Part shown: positions 33,901-41,582 of the stretch, piece by piece
How positions within the stretch are numbered: position 1 is the stretch's first letter
How the letters are laid out: each line of letters opens with the position of its first letter
From: an uncultured Acidobacteriota bacterium
Lineage (GTDB): Bacteria > Acidobacteriota > Thermoanaerobaculia > Multivoradales > UBA5704
DNA length: 64,000 bases
Direction of reading: 5' to 3'
NCBI GenBank assembly: GCA_963700145.1
Contig: OY969474.1
Span: 3,904,001-3,968,000, forward strand
Program-made: the position numbers and the translations under genes
Notes under the pieces: model-generated
The model's input: the letters and a program-made list of their open reading frames with translations, nothing else
Databases searched by the model: none
What the model was told of the DNA's origin: nothing

Positions 33901-36415
33901 CCTCGGTCTCGCCCTCGCCCGCTACCCGCTTCAGGCCGACGTAGTAGGGGTACGGATGGATGCGCAGCCGCTGCAGCGCCGCCACGCCGCGGCCGCCGCG
34001 CTCCTGGACGCGCGCCGTGATCACGGCCTCCAGCGACGACGGCACCGGCGCGCCGGCCGGCATCGTCGCCTTGAAGGTGGCGCGCCCCTCGTCGTCGAGC
34101 GTCCCCTGCTGCGACAGCACCTCGCGCTCGTCGAGCTCGCGCTCGGGGTTGCGGAAGGTGAAGCCGGGGAAGCCCTCGGGCGCGAAGTCGGAGTCCACCA
34201 GGCGCACCCGGCTCTCGACCGGCAGGTCCGCCGCCGGCGGCCCGAAGAGGTAGGTGCCGGCGACGCGATAGGCCAGCTCCTGCCCCGGGCCGACCCGCTC
34301 GGCCGGCGGCACGATCTCGACCTCGATGCGGTCGGGGACGAACTCCTCGACCTGGAAGCGGTACGTGCCGATCACCTTCTCGGCCACCTCCAGCTCCAGC
34401 GTGTGGTGGCCGGTCAGGGCGTAGGGCGGGAGGTCGAGAGTGAAGGGCGCGAGGCCGCGCGGCGTCGTCTCCAGCCGCTGCGTGCCGCGCTCCCGCCCCA
34501 GCGGGTCGCGGTGGCGGAGGAGGGCCGGCATCGGCTCGGGGGCGCGCAGGTCGCCGTCGCGCACGATCGCGAGGCCCTCGACCTTCTCGCCCGGCCGGTA
34601 GATGTCGCGCTCGCCGTAGAGGTAGGCGGTGTAGCCGCGGCCGGGGGCGGCCTCGCCGCCGACGTCGAGGCCGGCGCTGTCCACCTGCATGGCGTCGAGG
34701 AGCAGGAAGCTGAAGTCGCCGCCGCGCTCGATCGTCACCATGTAGGGCCGGTGGGCGCGCATCGCCTCGGCGTCGGTGAAGCGCCAGAGGCCGGCGCCGT
34801 CGGTGCGCCCCTCGCCGATCACCTGGTTCTGGTCGGAGATGAGGGTGACGCGCGCGCCCTCGACGGCGCCGAGGTCGCGGAAGGACGACACCCAGAGCAG
34901 GAGCTCCCCCTCGCCGCGCTTGGCGACGGCGCCGAGATCCGTGACCAGGAGCCAGCGCTGCGCCCCCTCCCAGTGCCCGGCGCGCGAGACGACCACGCGG
35001 TAGAGCCCGTTCTTGCCGCGCGGCACGCGGCGGTCGAGCGAGAGCGGCGTGCGCACCGTCTGGTTGGGGCGCGAGCGCACCGGCAGCGTCGCGTCGGTCA
35101 CCCGGTCGCCGAGCGCGTGCGCCACGCCGCCGCCGGCGTAGGTCGTCTCCCCCTCGAAGAAGCCGCCGTACTGGAAGAGGAAGAAGAGGTTGTTGAGATA
35201 GACGCGGTCGATCGTGAGCTGCACCTCGCCGACGTTGACCGTCTCGACCGCCACCGTCTTGGTGCCCGAGGCCGAGAGGAACATCCCCTGGCTCTGGAAG
35301 CCGACCGAGGGCTCGAGGTCGGGGAGGCGCACCTGCGCCTTGTACTCCTCGGGGAGAACGGCGTCGTCGGTGGCGGGAAGGCCCTTGGCGATCGTCAGCG
35401 CGTAGCCCTCGCCGGGGCGGAACTCGCCGGTCAGCGACAGGACGTTGCGCTCGGCCGACGGCCGGTAGCGCACCGCCGGCTCGACGCGCACGTACTTCTC
35501 CGCCACCGCCGCCGAGATCGGCGAGGAGAACCGCACGCGCAGCGTCGACTCGCGCGCCCCCGGCTCGGTCTCCACCCCCCAGACCGCCAGCCGCGTCGAG
35601 GAGCCCACCGGGATCTCGTGCACGAACTCCTCGGGCAGTGGCACGTTGCCCTCGAACGGCGTGAGCGAGCCGTCGATCACCAGCCGCACCTTCCGCTCCT
35701 CGCGCCGCTTCTGCACCGCCGCCGTCTGGAAGCCGATCTGCGGGCTCGGCCAGTCGGTCTCGAGCGTGACCTCGACCGGGTTGTCGTCGCCCAAGTCGGG
35801 ATCGACCAGCCGGATCTTCGAGACCAGGAGCTCGGGGTGCACGGGGTAGTTGAAGCGGATCGTGCCCCGGTAGACGACCCGCGCCTTGCCTTCGAGCGCC
35901 GGCTCCTCCTGCACGTCCACCCCCTCGACCAGGAACTGGTCGGTGCGGACGACGAGCTCGGTGTCGCCGACGAATTCCTGGCCGGGCTTGAGGAGCCGCT
36001 CCGGGATGAGCGTCAGCGTGTACTGGCTGGCGATCGGGAACTGCCCGGAAGGCTGGAAGCGGAGAGCGTTGGTGTCCTGCCACTTCCAGCTCCCGGCGAG
36101 CGCGGGCGAGAGCGTCGCCGGCTCCTCCTTGAGCACCTCGCCCACCGCCCCTTCGCCGAGCGGCCGGTCGAAGAGCACGTCCACGTACGCTCGCCCCTCC
36201 CGGTCGATCACCACGTCGAAGACCTTGACGGCCTCCCCTTCCGGCCCGAGCTTCAGCGCCGCCCCGAGCGGCTCGCGGAAGGCATACGCGGCGAGCGTCG
36301 CCACCAGCACCGAGAGCACGCCGATCGCGACGTCCTTCCAATGCCAGCGGCGCAAGAAGAGAGAGCGGAACCGAGCGGGAAACTTGTCCCGCAGGGTGGC
36401 GAACGGGTTGGGCAT
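30923..36415 (-). CDS. Bacterial alpha-2-macroglobulin
   Basis: 1830 aa; thioester motif YPYGCLEQ, ERDIYRPGE, AAVDEG, C-terminal PPVQAEAMYDP; paired with pbpC. Confidence 0.95.
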   Translation of the reverse strand: MPNPFATLRDKFPARFRSLFLRRWHWKDVAIGVLSVLVATLAAYAFREPLGAALKLGPEGEAVKVFDVVIDREGRAYVDVLFDRPLGEGAVGEVLKEEPATLSPALAGSWKWQDTNALRFQPSGQFPIASQYTLTLIPERLLKPGQEFVGDTELVVRTDQFLVEGVDVQEEPALEGKARVVYRGTIRFNYPVHPELLVSKIRLVDPDLGDDNPVEVTLETDWPSPQIGFQTAAVQKRREERKVRLVIDGSLTPFEGNVPLPEEFVHEIPVGSSTRLAVWGVETEPGARESTLRVRFSSPISAAVAEKYVRVEPAVRYRPSAERNVLSLTGEFRPGEGYALTIAKGLPATDDAVLPEEYKAQVRLPDLEPSVGFQSQGMFLSASGTKTVAVETVNVGEVQLTIDRVYLNNLFFLFQYGGFFEGETTYAGGGVAHALGDRVTDATLPVRSRPNQTVRTPLSLDRRVPRGKNGLYRVVVSRAGHWEGAQRWLLVTDLGAVAKRGEGELLLWVSSFRDLGAVEGARVTLISDQNQVIGEGRTDGAGLWRFTDAEAMRAHRPYMVTIERGGDFSFLLLDAMQVDSAGLDVGGEAAPGRGYTAYLYGERDIYRPGEKVEGLAIVRDGDLRAPEPMPALLRHRDPLGRERGTQRLETTPRGLAPFTLDLPPYALTGHHTLELEVAEKVIGTYRFQVEEFVPDRIEVEIVPPAERVGPGQELAYRVAGTYLFGPPAADLPVESRVRLVDSDFAPEGFPGFTFRNPERELDEREVLSQQGTLDDEGRATFKATMPAGAPVPSSLEAVITARVQERGGRGVAALQRLRIHPYPYYVGLKRVAGEGETEGEGFVRPGQAAVFEYAAVGLDGKATPAKPLRADLFLDRWNTVLRRTPAGTFRYESTRDSLLVDTRAIAGGEARDRFRFQPRRAGSYRVVLTDPDTQAAAAVEFFVSEWGYSPWALKNPARLELDLDRTEYAPGDTATVQVRAPFPGKLLLTVERERVFHTSVHMLDGNTARIELPVTVAYRPNAYVTATLVRKVGDLEPGSAGRAFGAVPIGVDRTANRLPVEIAAPAEVRPETKVTVAVKTAPEAIVTVAAVDEGVLQLIAQETPQPFEHFYRKLALTVASFDTFSLLLPDVAPEGAAARGGGEGMEGLAQSLRTEGIRRTEPVAFWSGPVEADAEGKATVSFRVPEFQGAVRLMAVAVRGEQFGSSERRVRVRSPLVLLPTFPRVLSFAETLRLPVSLRNDTGRDGAFRVALGVDGPARVEGDAARQVEVANGREGMVHFDVRTGDRSGGVRMTVTATGNGETSKTSEAVPVRPDLPITTEERVGAFQEATAELPLADPGRFRPETLTRELALGPVPIVQFSGKLRDLLTYPYGCLEQTVSTAFPLVYLADLAQRLDPDLFKKAQPAGYVQEGIRRVSTMQLFDGGFALWPGEQTAHPWGSVYATHFLVEARRAGHPVDDALLKGGLDYLAGQVRAKAQYGAEELQRTAYALFVLARGGRPDAGTMDFLREKHKAALRPESRALLAAAYAATGNPQALNELIAGLAEVERVARQTGGNWNSTVRNRALLLLALLDAAPRSPRIPALVDTLARDAQAATTPWNTQESGFTLLALGQLFKRQAALGPYSGTVFAGDKKVGSFTQQTVVFRDIRGTAPLRVRMNAGYKPGAAFYSLRTRGVPTDRAFQPAAAGLEVQREVLSRDGAPVNLGSVRQGDLVVLKTRVRSVSGPVWNVALVQLLPSGLEVENPRLETTETLPWVTRAAQPRHFDLRDDRILIFTDLPADSWQEFYAVARAVSPGKFRLPPVQAEAMYDPALRATGERGEMEVQVRQ

Positions 36416-36665
36416 GGGGGCGGTTCTCCTGCGTTGCGGTAAGGGAGCGCTACGCTACATCAAGAGCCCGGCGCAAACGATGCGCAGGATGTCCCGTTCC
36501 CCTGGTTCGGCGGCCCCCTCGCGGTCAGGGCAAGAGGCGGGCCGGGCTCTACGAGAATTGCGCGAACACATCACTTATCGGATGGATCACGACACCGGCT
36601 TCGCTTGAACCGACCTCGCCAACGTGCGAGACTGGAAGAGGTTCGGAGACAGAGAGGAGATTTCC

Positions 36666-36935
36666 ATGGGGAACAGCGACACCACGACCGTCACCATCGC
36701 CAATCTGGGCACCAGCCCGATCTCGTACGCGGTCACTTCGGGCACTCCGGGTCAGGAACCGATCCAAGGCTCGTTGCCGGGCCACAGCTACGGCATCGTC
36801 GAGCACGAGTTCTCCGAGAGGCTTGCGGTCACGGTCGGCGACCAGCAGGTCACCGTCCGACCCAACGGTATGGTCACCTTCGTGCCGCCGGGCGTGAGCG
36901 GCCTGGTCAGTACCTTCGAGTTCACGGTTCGCTGA
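36666..36935 (+). CDS. Small beta-rich hypothetical protein (89 aa)
   Basis: GAGGAG SD before ATG at 36666; lies between two copies of the A2M 5' end. Confidence 0.6.
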   Translation: MGNSDTTTVTIANLGTSPISYAVTSGTPGQEPIQGSLPGHSYGIVEHEFSERLAVTVGDQQVTVRPNGMVTFVPPGVSGLVSTFEFTVR

Positions 36936-36961
36936 CGCCGAGCAACCTCACACCGGCCGGA

Positions 36962-37212
36962 CCGCCTCCCCCTCCGGCCCCGGCTTGAGCCACCCCGGGA
37001 GAGCGGCGGCCAGCGGCTTGCGAAAGGCGTAGGCCGCGAGGGAGACGGTCAACAGCCCGAGCCCCGCGATCGTCAGGTCCTTCCAGTGCCAGCGGCGGGA
37101 GAAGACGGAGCGCAGCCGGGCGGGGAAGCTTGTCCCGCAGGGTGGCGAACGGGTTGGGCATAAAGGCGGATCTCCTGGCGTGGCACCGCGAAAGCGCGCT
37201 TACGCTACATCA
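36962..37212 (-). pseudogene. Diverged, frameshifted copy of the alpha-2-macroglobulin 5' end plus upstream region
   Basis: MPNPFATLRDK...RRWHWKD...AAYAFR..L..GPEGEAV aligns with 36230-36462, including the upstream TACGCTACATCA. Confidence 0.85.
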
Positions 37213-37331
37213 GGCGCGTGACCGACACGACGACCGGCGCCGTCGAGACCTACAGGAACCCGGCGGGCACCTATTGCGGAGGGCTGGACGAGGCGTTTTA
37301 GACGCCGTCGGCCCTTACGGCAAGATGCAGG

Positions 37332-37982
37332 TCACACGATGATGTTCGTCTCGGTGGAATCTATCGCAGCTCGGAAGACCTGCAGAGTGAGCCGTGCCGG
37401 CCCCAGCACGATCTCATCTAAATCGGCGAGCGGTGCTGCCTCAAGAAGGCACCGGCCGTTGAGCAGCGTCCCGTTCTTGCTGCCGAGATCCTCCAGAATC
37501 GCGCTTTGTGGACTCACGAGGATACGCGCGTGGCGGCGCGATACCAAGGGATGGGAGATCCAGACGACCGCCTCTCTAGTCCGACCTAGGAGGTTTTCCC
37601 CGTTCTCCAGCGCGACCACGCGCTCGTTCCAGACCAGACGATAGATGTGATCTGCCGCCGCCGGCGGCTGATCAACCCGCCATGCAGTGCCGCACCAGGC
37701 GTAGCCGAAGCTGTGCACGGTCCGGATGAGATGAGGTTGGCGTGAATCGTCACCGAGCACGCGACGAAGCTCCGCCACCAAATTCGACAGACTGGCCTCT
37801 GTGACGAACGCTCCCGGCCAGAGACACCCCAGCAAGTGGTCCTTCGATAGAGCCTGAGGCCGCTTCTCGAGCAAGACCTCGAGAAGACGAAAAGCCTTCG
37901 GGGAAAGATGTACGACTTCCCCGCTGCGTAGCAGCTCCCGGGTGTCGGTATCCAGAACGCAGTTGCTGAAGGCTATGCGCAT
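37332..37982 (-). CDS. Winged-helix (OmpR/CadC-type) transcriptional regulator with C-terminal FHA domain
   Basis: LSPKAFRLLEVL...LRRVLGDD...IRTVHSFGY; FHA motifs GR..VSRRHA..EDLGSKNGT. Confidence 0.92.
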   Translation of the reverse strand: MRIAFSNCVLDTDTRELLRSGEVVHLSPKAFRLLEVLLEKRPQALSKDHLLGCLWPGAFVTEASLSNLVAELRRVLGDDSRQPHLIRTVHSFGYAWCGTAWRVDQPPAAADHIYRLVWNERVVALENGENLLGRTREAVVWISHPLVSRRHARILVSPQSAILEDLGSKNGTLLNGRCLLEAAPLADLDEIVLGPARLTLQVFRAAIDSTETNIIV

Positions 37983-37987
37983 TGGGA

Positions 37988-38051
37988 AATCCTTGGAGAA
38001 TCCTTGGCCTTTCTTTAAGCCTTTGCCTCTCTACGTGGCCGATTATACACC
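37988..38051. promoter_or_regulatory. 11-bp-spaced direct repeats (AATCCTTGG twice) and candidate promoter for the peptide array
   Basis: AATCCTTGG at 37988 and 37999, a degenerate third copy at 38010; TTGCCT-17-TACACC. Confidence 0.5.
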
Positions 38052-38125
38052 TGAGTGGCCGACGCATTGATGCCTCGACCGGCCGGCCACGAGGACTAGC
38101 GACCCTCGGCTGCAGAGGAGGATTT

Positions 38126-38196
38126 ATGCGAAGAACGTCCAGACCAACCTCAAGGCGGGAGCTAGGTACGTGGTCATCGACTGGGGGATGGGTTGA
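38126..38196 (+). pseudogene. Small peptide gene copy 1, (MA)KNVQTNLKAGARYVVIDWGMG; ATG is one base out of frame
   Basis: GAGGAGG SD, then ATGCG-AAG...; homologous to copies 2-4; a 1-nt deletion or sequencing error. Confidence 0.7.
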
Positions 38197-38236
38197 TGAA
38201 GGGCGACCTAATCCCAGCGGAGGGAGGTGAAAAGCG

Positions 38237-38302
38237 ATGAAAGTTCAGACCAACCTCAAGGCAGGCGCTAGGCACCAGATCATCGACTGGGGGATGGGTT
38301 GA
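38237..38302 (+). CDS. Small peptide MKVQTNLKAGARHQIIDWGMG (21 aa)
   Basis: Perfect SD GGAGGTGA, ATG and TGA; tandem paralogs. Confidence 0.85.
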   Translation: MKVQTNLKAGARHQIIDWGMG

Positions 38303-38341
38303 TGAAGGGCCACATAGTTCAGTGAAGGGAGGTGAGAAGCG

Positions 38342-38401
38342 ATGAAAGTTCAGACCAACCTCAAGGCGGGCGCTAGGCACCAGATCATCGACGTCGGGTA
38401 G
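38342..38401 (+). CDS. Small peptide MKVQTNLKAGARHQIIDVG (19 aa)
   Basis: Perfect SD GGAGGTGA, ATG and TAG. Confidence 0.85.
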   Translation: MKVQTNLKAGARHQIIDVG

Positions 38402-38435
38402 TCCCAGGCTGTCCACGAAGGGAGGTGAGAAGCGA

Positions 38436-38495
38436 ATGAAAGTTAAGACAAACCTCAAAGCGGGAGCTAGGCACCAGATCATCGACTTCGGGTAA
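38436..38495 (+). CDS. Small peptide MKVKTNLKAGARHQIIDFG (19 aa)
   Basis: Perfect SD GGAGGTGA, ATG and TAA; synonymous changes relative to copies 2 and 3. Confidence 0.85.
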   Translation: MKVKTNLKAGARHQIIDFG

Positions 38496-38668
38496 CCAGG
38501 ATCATTTGAAACAGCTCGGGTCATGTTCAGACCTCGCTCCATAAGAGTCCAGGGTGACCGCGTCCCATCCACCAAAGAAGGAGAGCCCGAGTGACTCGTA
38601 AGACACCACGAAGACCGGGAGCACACGGCTTGCCGGCCAGCATGACCACATACGAGAAAGGACACCTC

Positions 38669-39760
38669 ATGAAGACCGCAGCTTCGATGGCCCTGATCGG
38701 ATCACTTCTCTTCGCCGGCGGTGCCGACGCCGAACTCTGTCAGTTCGGCTATGCCGACGCCGTAGTCGTCCGCGACGGCACTCCGACCGTCGGTTGGGTC
38801 GCCGCCCAGAACGCCGGGGTGCCGCAGGACTCCGGTCGCATTATCCCGCTCGACAGCCCGCCCGGGGGCGCCGGCATTGAGGCGCACATGCGCGACATCC
38901 GCTCGTACATCCAGGCGATGAACGCCAATGGCATTCGCCCCCTGGTGGACCTCTCGGACGTCCTCTTCAAGCGGGATCCGTTGGTCAACCCCAACTGCGG
39001 CGCCGACTACGAGCGCGGGTACTTGCGAAACACCACGGCTTGGGAACGCCAGGAGTTCAAACCCGGCGCCGCGGCGAAGCTCGACAGCTTCCTAGCGCTC
39101 AACGCCAGCGAGCTCGGCACGGACAGCATCCGGGGCTTCATCGTCCACGTGGAGGTCAACAACAACTGCGTGCCCGCATGGCGGGTCAACAGCGGAGCCC
39201 GGATGTTGAAGGACCGCGGCTACGGCCCGGCGCAGGGCTACGTTCTCGCCGCCGGGTACGGGCTGGACCGTACCCCCCAGGCGCCGGCGATCTCCACGGG
39301 CATGCCGACGGGCCTCTTCCCCTTCGAGCTGACCCACATCACGCCCTGGGCCTACGACATCCACTCCCTGTACGTGGACTCGGTCTACAACCTCAACATC
39401 GACGTGACCCAGCTCGGCGTCGCCGGCTTTTGGAACAAGCTCGTCGGCAAGCTCAGGCCCAATCAGCAGGTGATCTGGGGGCTGTTGGCGATATGCGGGC
39501 CCACCCAGCAGCAAATGTTCAATGGCTCGCATCTGGCGCCGGAGCACCGGATCGCCACCCAGTGCACGACGCCTCCCTTCCAGGGGACATGGCCGCTCGC
39601 ATCGGTCGCGGACCACTGGCAGTGGTTCGCCGAGCAGCAGCCCCGGGTGGAAGGCCTGATCGCGATCCAGTGGACCGGTCCGAACGGCACCAATGTCTTG
39701 CACTCGGCGGTCACTGGCGCCCACATCGATGTCGGCAACAGCGCCTTGACGTGCGAGTGA
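38669..39760 (+). CDS. Secreted hypothetical protein (possibly a glycoside-hydrolase-like TIM barrel)
   Basis: AAAGGA SD, signal peptide ending ADA, alternating beta/alpha pattern; family not recognised. Confidence 0.65.
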   Translation: MKTAASMALIGSLLFAGGADAELCQFGYADAVVVRDGTPTVGWVAAQNAGVPQDSGRIIPLDSPPGGAGIEAHMRDIRSYIQAMNANGIRPLVDLSDVLFKRDPLVNPNCGADYERGYLRNTTAWERQEFKPGAAAKLDSFLALNASELGTDSIRGFIVHVEVNNNCVPAWRVNSGARMLKDRGYGPAQGYVLAAGYGLDRTPQAPAISTGMPTGLFPFELTHITPWAYDIHSLYVDSVYNLNIDVTQLGVAGFWNKLVGKLRPNQQVIWGLLAICGPTQQQMFNGSHLAPEHRIATQCTTPPFQGTWPLASVADHWQWFAEQQPRVEGLIAIQWTGPNGTNVLHSAVTGAHIDVGNSALTCE

Positions 39761-40013
39761 GGTCGGCGGCGTGAAAAGGGCCGCTGCGCCTGCGGGCGCG
39801 GCGGCCTGTTCCGTCGTCGAGCTCATCCGACGGCATGGCCCCGGGAGCCAAGCTGGTGCTGCAGGGCACCGGCTACCAGGTGGACAAATGAGTGCTCTGC
39901 GAGCCCGTCGTCTGCCCCGGCACGCTCTTCGGTTCCCATGGCACTCCTCTCCAAGGAGGGGCTGGAGCTCGCCGCGGCCCTGGAGAAGGTGGCGTAACGC
40001 CCGCCGGAAGCCC

Positions 40014-40328
40014 CGGAATATCCCTGCGCGACCTGCAGACGCCCCGGCGGAGCCTCCTAATGTCCTCCCGGGACCTCGGAACCTGTTGCGCGCCCTCCGG
40101 AACCTCCTGCGCGACGCCGGGAATCGACTGCGCGACGCCGGGAATGGGTTGCGCGCGCTGCGGAACCTCCTCCGAGCCGCTCGGAAAGGGTCCCCGGCGC
40201 TCCGCAACCTGTTCCCCGGCCCGCGCAACCCATTCCCACGCTCCGGGGGAGGGTTCCGGAGCCGCCGCAGGACGTTCCACGCCTCCCGCAGGCCATTGGC
40301 CGCCGCGCGCCGGCCGATCGCCGCCGCT
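40014..40328. repeat. 21-bp-period degenerate tandem array A (about 15 units, SG[G/C]AA...TTSC core)
   Basis: Unit starts at 40077, 40098, 40119, 40140, 40161, 40182, 40203 and 40224. Confidence 0.8.
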
Positions 40329-40578
40329 CGGCGGGCGTCGCGGAGCGTCGCACCCTCAATCCCTAGGACGAGACCCAACCGCCGCGGAGACCGGCTGCCC
40401 GGGGGAGTCAGGTCCAAGGTGACGGGCGACGACGACTTCTGACGCCCAGAGCATGATGTCCAGATTCTGGACGGCGGTTGGTGGTGGCCGGCACCTTCTT
40501 TGCAGTTTCGCACCAACCGAGATTGGGGCGGCAGCCATCGCGGGGGTTTACCGCGCCGAATTCGCAGGAGGAATTCAC

Positions 40579-41514
40579 ATGGCTCGCACGTTCCCTTCGT
40601 TGCTCACGGCACTCGCACTGTTGTTCGGTTCGTCCGTCCTGTCTGCTGCCCAGCGTCCGCGAGATCGCATACCGCCAACGGCGCCAACCAACCTCGTCGT
40701 CACGGCGACGACGGAGCACAGCGTGTCGCTGGCATGGGACCCCTCAACGGACAACTCGGGCCGTTTCAGCTACATCATCCGCGGCGGGGAGAGCACCGTG
40801 ACCGTCGGTCAGGAGACGACGAGTCACACTCTGGAGGACCTGCAATCCGGCAAAACGTACACCTTCCACGTCTATGCCAAGGATGCTGCCGGTAACCTCT
40901 CCGACCCCAGCAACCCTGTGACGGTCACGTTGCCCGGGGAGCTCGGCGCGCCGACGAAGCCTGTCGTAGCAATGTCGGCTGCCGGCCCGACGCACGCCGC
41001 GCTGAACTGGTCGTCCACCGACGACGGTCCGTTCATCTGGTACACCATCTACATCGACGGGGAGCCCGTCTCCACGCTGAACTCGAGGTCGGACACGTTT
41101 ACCTGCGCCGAAGTTCTGGTGCCCACGGGTTGTATTCCGCTGGATCAAGAGAGGACATACACCTTCACCGTCGATGCTCGGGACGTCGACGGGAACTTTT
41201 CGCCGCCCAGTGATCCCGTTTTCGTAACGACCGACCCCGCCCCCAACGACCACACACCGCCGGACCAGCCGATGAACCTCGCGACGGATTTCAATGGGCA
41301 CATCGTCGTGACATGGGACCCCTCGACCGACGATGTCGCCCCGCAGGAGTTCATCCGCTACGACGTTTACGTCAACGGTGAGCTGCGCGCGGTCGTGGTC
41401 GGCAGGACGACGGCGGAAGTCGAGGGCGAGATCGGTGTCAACGAAATCGCGGTCATCGCCGTGGATACCGCAGACAACGAGTCGGTCCCCGGCACGACCA
41501 CGAGGGACCTCTAA
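40579..41514 (+). CDS. Secreted fibronectin type III repeat protein (three FN3 domains)
   Basis: AGGAGG SD, signal peptide, PPTAPTNL..LAWDPSTDN..YTFHVYAKDAAGN.S..S repeats. Confidence 0.85.
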   Translation: MARTFPSLLTALALLFGSSVLSAAQRPRDRIPPTAPTNLVVTATTEHSVSLAWDPSTDNSGRFSYIIRGGESTVTVGQETTSHTLEDLQSGKTYTFHVYAKDAAGNLSDPSNPVTVTLPGELGAPTKPVVAMSAAGPTHAALNWSSTDDGPFIWYTIYIDGEPVSTLNSRSDTFTCAEVLVPTGCIPLDQERTYTFTVDARDVDGNFSPPSDPVFVTTDPAPNDHTPPDQPMNLATDFNGHIVVTWDPSTDDVAPQEFIRYDVYVNGELRAVVVGRTTAEVEGEIGVNEIAVIAVDTADNESVPGTTTRDL

Positions 41515-41582
41515 GTCCCGGGCGGCTCTTCTCCAGGCTCCCGTGAGGCGCTAGCGTGTGGCCTACGGGAGGTCACACCGCC

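Noticed and set aside
28590-36341. 2583-aa ORF and other long Arg/Ala/Pro-rich ORFs (e.g. 59962-63564, 55090-57993, 21410-24382)
   Set aside because: These are high-GC alternative-frame artefacts; where a real gene is present it is only the 3' part (pbpC, lipoprotein, matrixin)
38126-38495. CRISPR array or type III antitoxin RNA repeats
   Set aside because: The repeats are longer than the spacers, are not palindromic, and carry SD-ATG-stop with synonymous variation; there is no cas or toxN-like gene nearby
39780-39997. Possible 3' remnant of a gene (…KLVLQGTGYQVDK…KEGLELAAALEKVA*)
   Set aside because: It has host-like codons but multiple frameshifts, and I cannot identify the family
39771-40442. 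Heptad-repeat ORFs across the 21-bp arrays (also 44243-44841 and 62936-63442)
   Set aside because: They lack clear SD sequences and are open in several frames on both strands because of the GC-rich palindromic repeat; not called as CDS, although translation is not excluded
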